From Polyangiaceae bacterium (GTDB lineage Bacteria; Myxococcota_A; Polyangia; Polyangiales; Polyangiaceae), in the NCBI GenBank assembly GCA_016715885.1, contig JADJXL010000022.1, positions 11,588 to 75,587 of the forward strand: a DNA stretch of 64,000 nucleotides, read 5' to 3'. A program made the position numbers and the translations under genes. Shown here piece by piece: positions 20,417-31,540 of this stretch (position 1 is the stretch's first letter; each line of letters starts with the position of its first letter). The notes under the pieces were generated by a model that saw only the letters and a list, made by a program, of their open reading frames with translations, had not been told where the DNA came from and ran no database searches.

Positions 20417-21634
20417 ATGATCGCCCAAAACAGTTTGCGCAAGGTCTTCGTCATCGACGCGGTTCGCACGCCGATCGGCCGTTATGCCGGAGGTCTAGCA
20501 ACCGTTCGTCCCGACGACTTGGCCGCCCACGTCATTTCGGGGCTCGTCGCTCGTAACCAAGGTGTCGCAGCCGAGCTCGATCACGTGGTGTTTGGCGCGA
20601 CCAATCAAGCCGGTGAAGACAACCGCAACGTGGCGCGCATGGCGCTGCTCTTGGCCGGGCTTCCTTATGAAGTGCCCGCGGTCACCGTCAATCGCCTCTG
20701 CGGCTCGGGCCTCGAAGCCGTCGCGGATGCAGCCAGGCTCATCGCCTTGGGCGAAGCGGACTGTGTGATCGCCGGCGGTGTCGAGAGCATGACGCGCGCG
20801 CCGTTCTCCATGCCGAAGCAGGGAGCCGCGTTCGATCGCACGCCGCCGCCGGTGTACGACACGACGCTCGGATGGCGTTATCCGAATCCGCGCATGGAGG
20901 CTCGTTTCCCGCTGATTTCCATGGGCGATACGGCGGAAAACGTGGCGCAGAAGCACGGCATCTCGCGTGAAGATCAGGACCGCTTCGCGCTCGAGTCGCA
21001 CCGCAAGGCGGCTCGCGCTTGGCAAGAAAACGCGTTCGCGGCGGAGGTGCTGCCCGTTCCCGTGCCGCAGAAAAAAGGGGATCCCGTGATGTTTGCCCGT
21101 GACGAATGCATTCGGGCGGACGCATCAATCGAAGCGCTCGCGAAGCTCGCACCGGTGTTTCGCAAGGGCGGCTCCGTGACGGCGGGTAACTCGTCGCCGA
21201 TCAACGACGGCGCCTCGGGCTTGCTGCTTGTTTCGAGCGACGTGATCGAGCGGGCAGGGATCACGCCGATGGCGCGTGTCGTTGCAAGTCAAACGGCCGG
21301 AGTGGATCCCTGTTACATGGGGGAGGGGCCCATTCCCGCGGTCGAGAAGCTGTGCAAGCGGCTGGGGATCCGTGCGAGTGACGTGGACCTCGTGGAGCTC
21401 AACGAGGCGTTTGCCGCGCAGTCGCTTGCATGCATCCGCACGCTCGGGCTCGATCCGGCGCGCGTGAACGTCAACGGTGGAGCGATTGCGCTCGGGCACC
21501 CGATTGGTTCGTCGGGAGCGCGTATTGCGTGCACGCTCCTGCATGCGATGCGTGCGCAGAACAAATCGCTCGGCTTGGCGTCGCTCTGCATCGGCGTGGG
21601 TCAAGGCATCGCGACGCTCTTCGAGCGCGCGTGA
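20417..21634 (+). CDS. Acetyl-CoA C-acyltransferase (thiolase)
   Basis: [27 protein letters not shown] (active Cys) and C-terminal [17 protein letters not shown] thiolase signatures. Confidence 0.85.
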   Translation: MIAQNSLRKVFVIDAVRTPIGRYAGGLATVRPDDLAAHVISGLVARNQGVAAELDHVVFGATNQAGEDNRNVARMALLLAGLPYEVPAVTVNRLCGSGLEAVADAARLIALGEADCVIAGGVESMTRAPFSMPKQGAAFDRTPPPVYDTTLGWRYPNPRMEARFPLISMGDTAENVAQKHGISREDQDRFALESHRKAARAWQENAFAAEVLPVPVPQKKGDPVMFARDECIRADASIEALAKLAPVFRKGGSVTAGNSSPINDGASGLLLVSSDVIERAGITPMARVVASQTAGVDPCYMGEGPIPAVEKLCKRLGIRASDVDLVELNEAFAAQSLACIRTLGLDPARVNVNGGAIALGHPIGSSGARIACTLLHAMRAQNKSLGLASLCIGVGQGIATLFERA

Positions 21635-21711
21635 TGTCGTGCGGCAGTTTGTCTTGATGTAAGCGGGTAAGGAGTGCGTCGGGACGAACGGTTGTCCCGA
21701 CGCACCGGCTC

Positions 21712-22707
21712 TCAAGGCTGGCAAGTCTTGGTCATCATGCCTGCGCAGTTGTTGCTCGCGCACTCACCGTTGTTCATGCACGGCTCGTCGTTCTTCAGTC
21801 TGCAAGCGCCGGCCCCGTTGCAGACGCTCGTACCGTCGCAGGCAGGCGCGTCGTCGGTCATGCCGAGCGGAATGTTCGTGCACGTGCCTTTGGTCGCGTC
21901 GTTGACGTTGCACGACTTGCACGCGGTGTCGCAGGCATTGTTGCAACAGACGCCGTCGGCGCAGTCGTTGCTCCTGCACTCGTTGTTCGCTGCACACGTC
22001 TCACCGTTGCACTTTTTGCACTTGGTTCCGCCGCAATCGATGCCCGTCTCGTCGCCGTTTTGCATGCCGTCGCTGCACGAGACGCACTGCTCCTGAACGC
22101 AGCTCGGGTTCGCCCCATCGTTACAGTCGCCATCGTCTACGCAGTCGACGCACATGGCCATGGCGTTGCACACGCCCCCGTTGCAGTTTGACCCGACCGG
22201 ATCGTTCGTGACCATGGGCGTGCCGTTGTTGCAGCTTTCGGTGGTGCACATGTTGCCGTCGAACGGTGGGAGATCGCTGTCGTCGTTCACCGTGACGATG
22301 TTGCCCATGTCGTCGCAAGCATCAGCCTTGCAGTCGCCGTTGGTGGGATCATCGACGATCTCGCCTTGGTTGATGAACATCTGAACGCACATGGAATTGC
22401 TACAGGACCAGTTGATGCAATCCGTGTCGTTCGGGCAGTCGCCATTGTTGCTGCAGGGCATTCCGCCGCTCGAGCTGCTCGACGACGAGGATGAAGACGA
22501 CGAAGACGAGGACGAGCCGCCGCCCATGCCGCCCATGCCGCTGCTGCTGCTACTGCTTTCTCCCGCGCCGGCGCTGCCACCATCGTTCGGATTGGGTTCG
22601 AACTGATCGAAGTCCTGCACGCACGCGAATTGGATCAAGCCTGCCGCAAGAAGAAAAATCGAAGAAATTATCACGGAGCGTCGCACGACATCACCTCGCT
22701 TGGGCAC
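21712..22707 (-). CDS. Cys-rich lipoprotein with poly-Ser linker
   Basis: Lipobox LIQFAC, an S16 run, then about 40 Cys in C-x-x-C / CxxxC patterns. Confidence 0.6.
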   Translation of the reverse strand: MPKRGDVVRRSVIISSIFLLAAGLIQFACVQDFDQFEPNPNDGGSAGAGESSSSSSGMGGMGGGSSSSSSSSSSSSSSSSGGMPCSNNGDCPNDTDCINWSCSNSMCVQMFINQGEIVDDPTNGDCKADACDDMGNIVTVNDDSDLPPFDGNMCTTESCNNGTPMVTNDPVGSNCNGGVCNAMAMCVDCVDDGDCNDGANPSCVQEQCVSCSDGMQNGDETGIDCGGTKCKKCNGETCAANNECRSNDCADGVCCNNACDTACKSCNVNDATKGTCTNIPLGMTDDAPACDGTSVCNGAGACRLKNDEPCMNNGECASNNCAGMMTKTCQP

Positions 22708-22741
22708 ACGTCAGCCCGGCCAAAAAGTAGGCAAAACGGTA

Positions 22742-23674
22742 TCACGAGGACGGGCTTGGAAGGGGGTCGTTGGACGCCGACGCAAGGTGCGCGCCGGCCC
22801 CTCGCGCCTCGATCAAGTGCGGCTCGACTTTTGCCGCACGCACGCTCCTCGCCCCTCGCAACGCGGCGATCGTCGCTTGTTTCGCGGCGCTGGCGAGACT
22901 GCGCGCACGAGTGACCACGACAAGCGCTTCGTCGAGGTCGTGCAATTCACCGAGGCGACGTTGCATGCGCGTTGCTTGCTGCTGGAGCTTTTGCGCTTCT
23001 TCCCCAAGCTCGTTTGCAAACAGCTCCGCCGTGTATCGCAGGCGCTTCTCCCGAATACGGAGCGCGTGCATCGCATCAGCGTCGTCCACTTCGGCTTGCG
23101 CAGCTCGCCTGACGTCTCGAAGCGCCCGCTCGATCGCGTCTCGCGCTGCCTCACTTGCTGCGAGCGGTTGCTGCGGCTCCACATCGAGGAGCCGTTCGAG
23201 TTTGTCGAGCACGTCGTCGAGCGGACGGATTCTTTTGCTGCCAGCCGAATCCGCTTCTCGATTGGATGGTCCTTCGCGAACGATGCGCAAGATGGAGCGG
23301 CGTGCCGAGCGTGCCGCGTGCGCTCGACGCGCAAGCCAAGCATTCACTTCGTCAGCGGCGATCTGCGGCAGACCGAGCGATGCGAGCGTGCCGTGCAGAA
23401 CTTCGTCGTCACGCAGCGCTCCGGTCACGCGGGCGTAGTACCGAAGCTCGTTCTCGATACGCTCGATACGTTTGCTATTCCAAACCCTTCGTGCCGTGCG
23501 CAAGTGCGTGCGCATTCGCCGCAAGGCGACGCGAAAGTCATGCAGCGCCTCGTCGTCCGTGCAGCCTCGATCTTCGGCGGAGACCAGCACGCGTTGTTTC
23601 GTGTCTCGGGCCGTCACGATGAGCCGTCGAAGAGCAGTGGCGAGCAGGACGTGGGCCGCTACTGCTTCGTTCAT
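22742..23674 (-). CDS. CHAD domain protein
   Basis: Helical protein with the conserved His-containing motifs HDFRVALRRMR and HALRIREKRLRY. Confidence 0.6.
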   Translation of the reverse strand: MNEAVAAHVLLATALRRLIVTARDTKQRVLVSAEDRGCTDDEALHDFRVALRRMRTHLRTARRVWNSKRIERIENELRYYARVTGALRDDEVLHGTLASLGLPQIAADEVNAWLARRAHAARSARRSILRIVREGPSNREADSAGSKRIRPLDDVLDKLERLLDVEPQQPLAASEAARDAIERALRDVRRAAQAEVDDADAMHALRIREKRLRYTAELFANELGEEAQKLQQQATRMQRRLGELHDLDEALVVVTRARSLASAAKQATIAALRGARSVRAAKVEPHLIEARGAGAHLASASNDPLPSPSS

Positions 23675-25353
23675 ACGCGAGATATGGAGACCATGACGAC
23701 CGGACGTCGTCCTGTCTTGTGCTCGATGGTGCGTCGAGCAGCCAAGCGGCAGATATCCGCGAGGGTTTCATCCTGCGAGCGCACGCGAGGATCGGCATCG
23801 CCAATCGCGCGCGAAACGGCGATGGCTGCGGCGCGGAGAACATCCGATGCACCTTCGGCGTGATCGATGACGCCGTACTGCACGACACGTGGTGGTGCGG
23901 CGGTGGAGCCTCGGCGATCGAGAACCACGGTAACGAACGCGATCCCCGTACGACCCACCGAGGCGCGTTCACGAATCACTTCATCGGGCAGATCCCCGCC
24001 GGCGTGCGTGGCCACTTTGCCCACGGGCACACGCTTTCCTTTGCTGAGCTTCTTGCCCGCGTCGAGCTCGACGACCTCTCCGTTCTCGGCCACGGCCACG
24101 TCCGATACGCCGACGTCTCGCGCGAGCTCGGCATGGCGCACCAAGTGATGGTACGTGCCGTGAATCGGCAGAAACGCTCGCGGCCGAGTGAGCTCGATCA
24201 TGCGCGTTTGCTCGTCACGATGCGCGTGCCCGCTCGCATGCACGCGGCGATCGGTGATCCACGTGCGCAGTTCGATCCCCATGCGCAAAAGCTCGCCCAT
24301 CAAGTCGAACACGGGCCGATCGTTTCCAGGAATGATGCGGCTCGAAAGAATGACGACGTCGCCTGGATCGAGCCGCAGAAGCGGATGCGTGCCTGCTGCG
24401 AGCTTCACGAGCGCCGACATGCGTTCCGCCTGCGTGCCGCTCGCGATGCAGAGCACGCGTTCTCGAGGAAGCGAACCGACGAGCTCGGGCGGAACGACGA
24501 GATCGCTCGGGAAACGAATGCGCCCGGATGCAATCGCCGCTCGCACGTGATTCTGCACGCTTCTCCCGAGCAAGCAGAGCCGCCTTTTCGTCTGCACGGC
24601 AACGCGTCCAAGCACCGACAGCCGCTGCACGTTCGATGCGAACATCCCCACGACCACGCGCGTCTTCGCACTTTCGATGATGCCGGTGAGCGTGTCGCCA
24701 ACTTCGCGCTCGCTCATCGACCAACCTGGCGAATCGACGTTCGTGCTGTCGGACAAAAGCAGCTCGACACCTTCGTCACCAAGCGATGAGAAACGAGCTT
24801 CGTCGGTCAACTCGCCGTCGGGCGGGCTCGGATCGAGCTTGAAGTCGCCCGTGTGAACGACGAGCCCCGCCGATGTACGGATGGCGAGACCCACCGCGTC
24901 GACGATGGAATGCGTGACGCGAATCGGTTCGAACGCAAACGATCCAACCTCGTACGTCTTCCGCGGTGAAATGGGCAAAAGGCGCACCCGACCGCCACCC
25001 AGCTCGTGCTCCTCGAGCCGTTGTCGTGCCAGCTCCAGCGCATGCGGAGGCCCCCAGATCGGCACGTCTGCACCGATGCGTGCCAGAAGGTACGGCAAGC
25101 CCCCGATATGGTCTTCGTGGCCATGCGTCAGCACGACGCCGCGCACTCGACCCGTGTTCGTGAGCAGATGGTCGAACCGCGGGTGATAGACGTCGATACC
25201 CAGATCGGTGGTTGGAAACGTCACGCCGCAGTCGACGAGCAAGACGTCGTCACCTTGCTCGAACGCCATGCAGTTCATCCCAATCTCGCCGAGTCCGCCG
25301 AGGGGGACGATGCGAAGCGACGCGTGGTCTCTCGCCGAATCGTTCGACAACAA
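23671..25353 (-). CDS. rnj: Ribonuclease J
   Basis: MBL fold HGHEDHIGGLP, N-terminal LGGLGEIGMNCM, length 560 aa. Confidence 0.85.
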   Translation of the reverse strand: MLSNDSARDHASLRIVPLGGLGEIGMNCMAFEQGDDVLLVDCGVTFPTTDLGIDVYHPRFDHLLTNTGRVRGVVLTHGHEDHIGGLPYLLARIGADVPIWGPPHALELARQRLEEHELGGGRVRLLPISPRKTYEVGSFAFEPIRVTHSIVDAVGLAIRTSAGLVVHTGDFKLDPSPPDGELTDEARFSSLGDEGVELLLSDSTNVDSPGWSMSEREVGDTLTGIIESAKTRVVVGMFASNVQRLSVLGRVAVQTKRRLCLLGRSVQNHVRAAIASGRIRFPSDLVVPPELVGSLPRERVLCIASGTQAERMSALVKLAAGTHPLLRLDPGDVVILSSRIIPGNDRPVFDLMGELLRMGIELRTWITDRRVHASGHAHRDEQTRMIELTRPRAFLPIHGTYHHLVRHAELARDVGVSDVAVAENGEVVELDAGKKLSKGKRVPVGKVATHAGGDLPDEVIRERASVGRTGIAFVTVVLDRRGSTAAPPRVVQYGVIDHAEGASDVLRAAAIAVSRAIGDADPRVRSQDETLADICRLAARRTIEHKTGRRPVVMVSISRV

Positions 25354-25577
25354 AACACTCCTTGTGCCGATCTAGGATCGGCAATCGAGCAGCCGGTCAG
25401 ATGTCGCGCAAGTGTAGCGCGATGTGCAGAGCGAGCGGGCATCGCACTGCTACCGTTCCGTACTGTGTCGCTCTACGTTGCGCTTGCCTCCCCAATGCGA
25501 CCGGCCATGCATCTGGAAATGTCGAGGCCCTGAACCTTTGCTGGCACCATAGATGTAGCTAGCGATCGGACACCACC

Positions 25578-27308
25578 TTGCTCCTCGCGCTCCTCACCAA
25601 CCTCCTGCTCCTCGTCACGTCGCCACTGCGCCTTCTTCGACGCGCGTTCGTGTCGCCGCGCAAAGGCTACGTTCTGCTCGAAATCGATGGTCGCGTGGTC
25701 GACAACGCGCCGCCGAGACCGCGCCTGCTCGCTCGATGGACCCAGCCCCAAAAGCCGCCGCCACTGACGCTCGTCGCAATGCACGAGGTCGCACGGCTGC
25801 TCGCCGCGGATGCGCGTCTCGAAGGGCTCGTCGTCCGTGTGCGCTCGCTCGCAGCAGGCCAGAGCGTACTTGCATCGATGCGCGCCGTTCTCGCCAAGCT
25901 TCGCGATGCCGGAAAAGACGTCGTCGTTCACGCGCCCATGGGCGCCGACTCCGACGTCATGTTTCTCGCATCAGGCGCCAAGCGCATCGTCGTCGGTCCT
26001 GAAACGCACGTCGCCCCGCTCGGATACGCCGTCGAGATGAGCTTCTTCAAACGCGCGCTCGACCGCATCGGCGTCGAGCCTCAAGTGTTCGCTCGCGGCA
26101 CGTACAAGTCCGCGGCCGAGCCTCTGGTGCGCGAGGACATGAGCTCGGCGCAACGCGAGCAGCTCGAGGAGGTCATCGGGACGCGCCATGCACTGCTCGT
26201 CGAAGCGCTCGCCGAACGTTGTGGGGGCGATCGCGCAAAAGCCGCCGAGTGGATCGACACGGGCCCCCATCGTGCCTCGCAAGCGGTCGAGCTCGGCCTC
26301 GTTGATCACGTCGCGTACGACGACGAGCTCGATGGGCTGCTCGGCGCGCCGCACGGAAAGCGTGCGCGCTTCGTCGCGTTCGGGCGTTACCACCGCATCA
26401 AGCGCCCAACGAAGTGGCGACCGCTGTGGCCGAGGCCGGTCGTCGGGCTCGTCGAAGTGCACGGTCCCATCGTGTCGCAAGTGCGCTTCTCGATGGGCGC
26501 CATCGCTTCCGAACACGCGGTCGTGCGGGCCATCCGAGCGGCACGCGTCAACCCGCGCATCGCCGCCGTCGTGCTGCACGTCGATTCCCCTGGCGGCAGC
26601 GCCATCGCCTCCGACCGCATCCACCACGAAGTCGAACGCCTCGCGTCGGAAAAACCCGTCGTGGCCTACTTGTCGAACGTGGCTGCGAGCGGCGGCTATT
26701 ACGTGGCCGCGCCCGCACGCGCCATCGTCGCGCAGCCTCAGACCATCACCGGCTCCATCGGCGTCGTGGCCACGCATTTCGTGCTTCGTGGCTTGCTCGA
26801 CAAGCTCGGCGTCAGCACCGACGTCGTCAAGCGAGGCGCGCGTGCCGACCTGAACTCCCCCGTACGTCCGCTCGAAGACGCCGAGCGAAGCGTGCTCGAG
26901 CGTGAGGTCGACGCGTTCTACAAGACTTTCGTTTCCGTCGTGGCTCGCGGCAGAAAGCGCTCGGTCGAGGACATTGAAAAGCTTGCTCAGGGCCGCATCT
27001 ACAGCGGCACCGAGGCCCTTGCGCGAGGGCTCGTCGATGAGCTCGGCGGCCTCGACCGCGCCATCGAGCGGGCGACGGACTTGGCCGGCTATCGGCGTCT
27101 CGAACCGGTCATCGTCAGACCGACCCGGTTTTCGATACCCCCTCCACCGCCCATTCCTCGGGTTGCCGAAACGATGCTCGCGGCGGTTGGGCTCGACCGC
27201 ATAGTGGGTGAACGCCTGGCGCTTGGACTGAACGTCGCCCAAACCGAGCTGGTTCTGCTGTACGAGCCCTTCGGTTCGGATGGACGAACTTGGCTCGATG
27301 TGACGTAA
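25578..27308 (+). CDS. sppA: Signal peptide peptidase SppA, 67K type (tandem S49 domains)
   Basis: Two ClpP/crotonase-like S49 repeats with a GGYYVA / SGGY motif; length 576 aa. Confidence 0.8.
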   Translation: MLLALLTNLLLLVTSPLRLLRRAFVSPRKGYVLLEIDGRVVDNAPPRPRLLARWTQPQKPPPLTLVAMHEVARLLAADARLEGLVVRVRSLAAGQSVLASMRAVLAKLRDAGKDVVVHAPMGADSDVMFLASGAKRIVVGPETHVAPLGYAVEMSFFKRALDRIGVEPQVFARGTYKSAAEPLVREDMSSAQREQLEEVIGTRHALLVEALAERCGGDRAKAAEWIDTGPHRASQAVELGLVDHVAYDDELDGLLGAPHGKRARFVAFGRYHRIKRPTKWRPLWPRPVVGLVEVHGPIVSQVRFSMGAIASEHAVVRAIRAARVNPRIAAVVLHVDSPGGSAIASDRIHHEVERLASEKPVVAYLSNVAASGGYYVAAPARAIVAQPQTITGSIGVVATHFVLRGLLDKLGVSTDVVKRGARADLNSPVRPLEDAERSVLEREVDAFYKTFVSVVARGRKRSVEDIEKLAQGRIYSGTEALARGLVDELGGLDRAIERATDLAGYRRLEPVIVRPTRFSIPPPPPIPRVAETMLAAVGLDRIVGERLALGLNVAQTELVLLYEPFGSDGRTWLDVT

Positions 27309-27333
27309 CGTGCAGGTTTGGAATAAGGCAAAT

Positions 27334-27420
27334 TTCGGGGGGGTATGGGGGGGCCGAGCCTCGCCGTGTTTTTGTGCGAAGCGCAAAAACACCGGGAGGC
27401 GAGCCTCGGCCCCCCCATCG
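27334..27420 (+). repeat. Hairpin repeat element R2: TTCGGGGGGGTATGGGGGGG-[imperfect long hairpin]-CCCCCCCATCG
   Basis: G7-TAT-G7 at 27337-27353 and C7 at 27410-27416. The internal near-inverted repeats are ccgagcctcgccgtgtttttgtgcg / cgcaaaaacaccgggaggcgagcctcgg. Confidence 0.8.
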
Positions 27421-28037
27421 TAAACAAGACTCTCGCGAGCGCGTGTCCCACACGCGCGAAGCGAGCGTCCAGGTCTGGCCCGGTTTCAAACGCGGTTTGG
27501 CCGGGTGCATTTCGAGCCTGATCCCGCAAAATTTGCGTTTGGCCGGGCGCCTCATCGCGCCGCATGCATGTTTTGCCGGAGAACCTCGAGGCAAGGAAAA
27601 TGTGCATGTATTCCAACGCACTGCGTTGGGGTTGCCAAACCCTTGCAGTCGAAGGCGAGCATTGTGGACAAACTGCGCGAAATCTGTGCAGTTGTTCCGG
27701 TCAACCTGGGGGTCGAGGTACGGGTGTTCAGAAATCGCGTAGCGCCTTACACACCCTATATGTTGAGCCGAGTGTTGACACCTCGCGCTACCTGTAGAAG
27801 AGAATGGCTCCCCGGTGACTCCGGGACACCGACCGAGACGGGCCGATGGTTCGTCCCGGAGGAGTGATCTCATGTACCCCCTGAAAGCATTGACAGTGAG
27901 CAGCCGTGCAGACGGCTCATGCGTGCGGACGGGGAGGGGCGAGCCTTTTAGGGTTCTTGCAGGGCGATGAATTGAGAGGGGCGAATTGGGGCCTGGGGTC
28001 CCAAGGTGCCTTTTTTTGTCTGAGGAGACAATACTGA

Positions 28038-31000
28038 TGGCGCAGCCGATGATCGTTGGGGATGGCGGAAACGGAAAGTTGGCAGCAGACGCAGTGCGTT
28101 CGGACAGCCGCCCACCGGAATCCGGTGCTGTGCGACGGGGTTCGAAGGCCAAACCCGCTGCCAAAACTGCCGGAAAAACCCCTGCCAAACGCGAAGCGAA
28201 AAAAGCTACGCGCCCCAAGGGCCTCACGTTCGACCGTCATTTCACGCGCCGAGGCACGGACCCGCTCAACGAAATCGTTTGGGAGCGTAGGTCCAGCGTC
28301 ATCACCAATCCCGACGGCTCGGTCGTCTTCAAAATGGAAGGCGCTGAAATCCCCGCGAGCTGGTCGCAACTCGCCACCGACATCGTCGTCTCCAAGTACT
28401 TCCGCAAAGCTGGCATTCACGGCAACAAAGAGGTTGGCGAGACGAGCGTTCGCGAAGTCGTGCATCGGCTCGCGAAAACCATCCGCGAAGCGGGTGAGTC
28501 CTTCGGTGGCTACTTCGCCAACGGCAAGGAAGCGGACACGTTCGAGGCCGAGCTTTCACACATGCTCGTCAATCAGCTCGGCGCCTTCAATTCACCGGTC
28601 TGGTTCAACTGCGGTCTTTGGCATCGCTACGGCATCCAAGGAACCGCAGGCAACTACGCCTGGATCGAAGACCCGAAGGACGAAACCGCTCCGGGCACCA
28701 TCGAAGAGATCCAATACGCCTACGAACGCCCGCAATGCTCGGCTTGCTTCATCCAGTCCATCAACGACGACTTGATGAGCATCTACGACCTCATCAAGAG
28801 TGAAGCGCGCCTCTTCAAGTACGGCTCGGGCACCGGCACGAACTTCAGCACCATCCGCGGCAAGCAAGAGAAACTCTCCGGCGGCGGCACGAGCTCGGGT
28901 CTCATGAGCTTCCTCGAAGTCTTCGATCGCGCCGCCGGCGCAACCAAGAGCGGTGGTACGACGAGGCGCGCGGCCAAGATGGTCTGCCTCGACATGGACC
29001 ATCCTGAAATCCTCGACTTCATCGAGTGGAAGGTCCGCGAGGAGCGCAAGGCGCAGATGCTCATCTCCTGCGGCTTGCCTTCCGACTTCAACGGCGAAGC
29101 CTATCACACGGTCAGCGGCCAGAACTCGAACAACTCCGTGCGCGTCACCGATGAGTTCATGCGCGCCGTCGGCGTGGGCGGGACGTGGGAGACGCGCAGC
29201 CGAACGAACGGCGAGGTCATCGACACGTACAACGCTCGCGAGGTCTGGAAGACGATCGCCGAGGCAGCGTGGGCTTGTGCCGACCCCGGCGTTCAATACG
29301 ACACGACCATCAACCGCTGGCACACCTGCCCGAACTCGGGCCGCATCAATGCCTCGAATCCGTGCTCCGAGTACATGTTCCTCGACGACACGGCTTGTAA
29401 CTTGGCGAGCCTCAACCTCACCAAGTTCCTCCGCTCCGACGGTTCGTTTGACATCGAAGGATTTCGTCACGCTGTGCGTGTCTTCTTCGTTGCGCAGGAG
29501 ATCCTCGTCGACTTCTCGTCGTATCCGACGCGATCCATCGCCCGAAATTCGCACGACTACCGCCCGCTCGGTCTGGGCTACGCCAACCTCGGCACCATGC
29601 TCATGCTGCTCGGCATCCCCTACGACTCGGATGAAGGACGAGCCGTTGCTGGTGCCATCACGGGCATCATGTGCGGACATGCCTACAAGGTTTCGGCCGA
29701 GATGGCTGCGACGCGTGGACCGTTCCCCGGCTACGCCAAGAACCGCGAGCCGATGCTTCGCGTGATGGGCATGCATCGCGACGCCGCGTACGCGATCGAT
29801 CGTGACAAGTGCCCCGAGGGTCTCTGGCGGGCTGCTTGTGAAGACTGGGACGAGGCTTTGCGCATCGGCCAAGAGCATGGCTATCGCAATGCGCAAGCGA
29901 CCGTGCTCGCTCCGACGGGAACGATCGGCTTGCTCATGGACTGCGACACCACGGGCATCGAGCCCGACTTCTCGCTCGTGAAGTTCAAGAAGCTTGCTGG
30001 CGGGGGCTATTTCAAAATTGTCAATCAGTGCGTCCCCGAAGCGCTTCGGCGCCTCGGTTATTCCGAGCACGAGGTTCAGGAGATCGTCGCGTACGTATCC
30101 GGCACGAACACGCTCTTGGCAGCGCCGCACGTCAATCGAGCGTCGCTGAAGGCTCGCGGCCTGACGCATGAAGACCTCGCGAAGATCGAGAACGCCATCC
30201 CTGGAGTCTTCGATCTCGAGCTTGCGTTCAGCCCGTGGGTGCTCGGTGAAGAAGCCTATGCGCGACTCGGCATTACGCCCGAACGACGCACGCCCGGCTT
30301 CTCGCTCCTGCGATCGCTCGGCTTTACGTCTGCCGAAATCGCGGAAGCCAACGAGACGATCGTCGGTCGCATGACGATCGAGGGAGCGCCGCATCTGCGC
30401 GAAGAGCACTACGCGGTGTTCGATTGCGCCAACCGTTGCGGCAAGATTGGCAAGCGATTCCTCGCGCCCATGGCGCACATTCGAATGATGGCGGCAGCGC
30501 AGCCGTTCCTGTCGGGCGCCATCTCCAAGACGGTGAACCTGCCGAATGAAGCGACCGTCGAGGAGGTGCAGCGAATCTACGAAGAGGGGCACCGCTTGGG
30601 GCTCAAAGCAGTCGCGCTCTATCGCGATGGGTGCAAGGCGTCGCAACCGCTCTCGTCGTCGGGTGATTCGAAGAAGGACAAGAAGGAGGAAAAGGTCGAG
30701 GCGGTCGAGGTCATGGCGCCGAAACCGATCGAGCCGGCTCTTCCGGTGCTTCGCCCGACGGGTGTGCGCGTGCGTCTACCCAAGAAGCGGACGGGGTTCA
30801 CGCAAGAAGCGAAAGTTGGAGGTCATAAGATCTTCGTTCGTACCGGTGAATACGTCGATGGAACGCTCGGTGAGATCTTCATCGACATGCACAAGGAGGG
30901 CGCTGCCTTCCGGTCGCTGATGAACTGCTTCGCCATGAGCGTGTCGATCGGTTTGCAATACGGCGTGCCGCTCCAAACGTTCGTCGATCAGTTCACGTTC

Positions 31001-31378
31001 ACTCGGTTTGAGCCCCAAGGAGTCGTCGAAGGGCACGACTACGTGAAGCTGTCGACGTCGATCGTCGACTACATCTTCCGCACGTTGGGCATCGAGTACC
31101 TGCATCGGTACGACTTGGCTCACGTGCAACCCGAGCCGAATGTGGCGATTCAGGATCCGACGGACACGCGTGCGCAGGAAAGCTCGTCTGGCGTGCCCGT
31201 TCTGCCTGCGGCCACGCGTGCCCCCTCGCATGAACGCACTGCGTCGAGCGCGCTCGATGCGCAGCTCGAAGACATGATGGGCGACGCTCCCGTGTGCGAC
31301 GGTTGTGGTCACATCACCGTGCGCAATGGCGCTTGCTACAAGTGCCTGAACTGCGGCAACAGCATGGGCTGTAGCTGA
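28038..31378 (+). CDS. nrdJ: Class II (adenosylcobalamin-dependent) ribonucleoside reductase, long form with C-terminal Zn ribbon
   Basis: GAGGAG lies 9 nt before ATG 28038. RNR class II motifs are present and the C-terminus reads CDGCGH...CYKCLNCGNS. Confidence 0.85.
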
Positions 31379-31387
31379 GGCCAGTCG

Positions 31388-31476
31388 CGATGGGGGGGCT
31401 CGCAGGCGGCTCTGTGAGTGTTTTGGCCAAAGGCCAAATGACGGGCCGACTGCTCTGCCCCCCATACCCCCCCGAA
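31388..31476 (-). repeat. Hairpin repeat element R3, an inverted-orientation copy of the R2 termini (CGATGGGGGGG...CCCCCCATACCCCCCCGAA) with a different internal palindrome (ttggcctttggccaa)
   Basis: The reverse complement of 31458-31476 equals 27334-27352, and the reverse complement of 31388-31399 matches 27409-27420. Confidence 0.75.
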
Positions 31477-31540
31477 TGGGCCTCGTTTCAAACTCTTCGG
31501 TGTTCTAGCCGCAAGCTTGAAGAACGGGTAAACGGGATTC

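Noticed and set aside
27421-28037. Cobalamin riboswitch upstream of nrdJ
   Set aside because: B12-dependent NrdJ is not normally B12-riboswitch controlled, and no B12-box-like motif was found in the leader.
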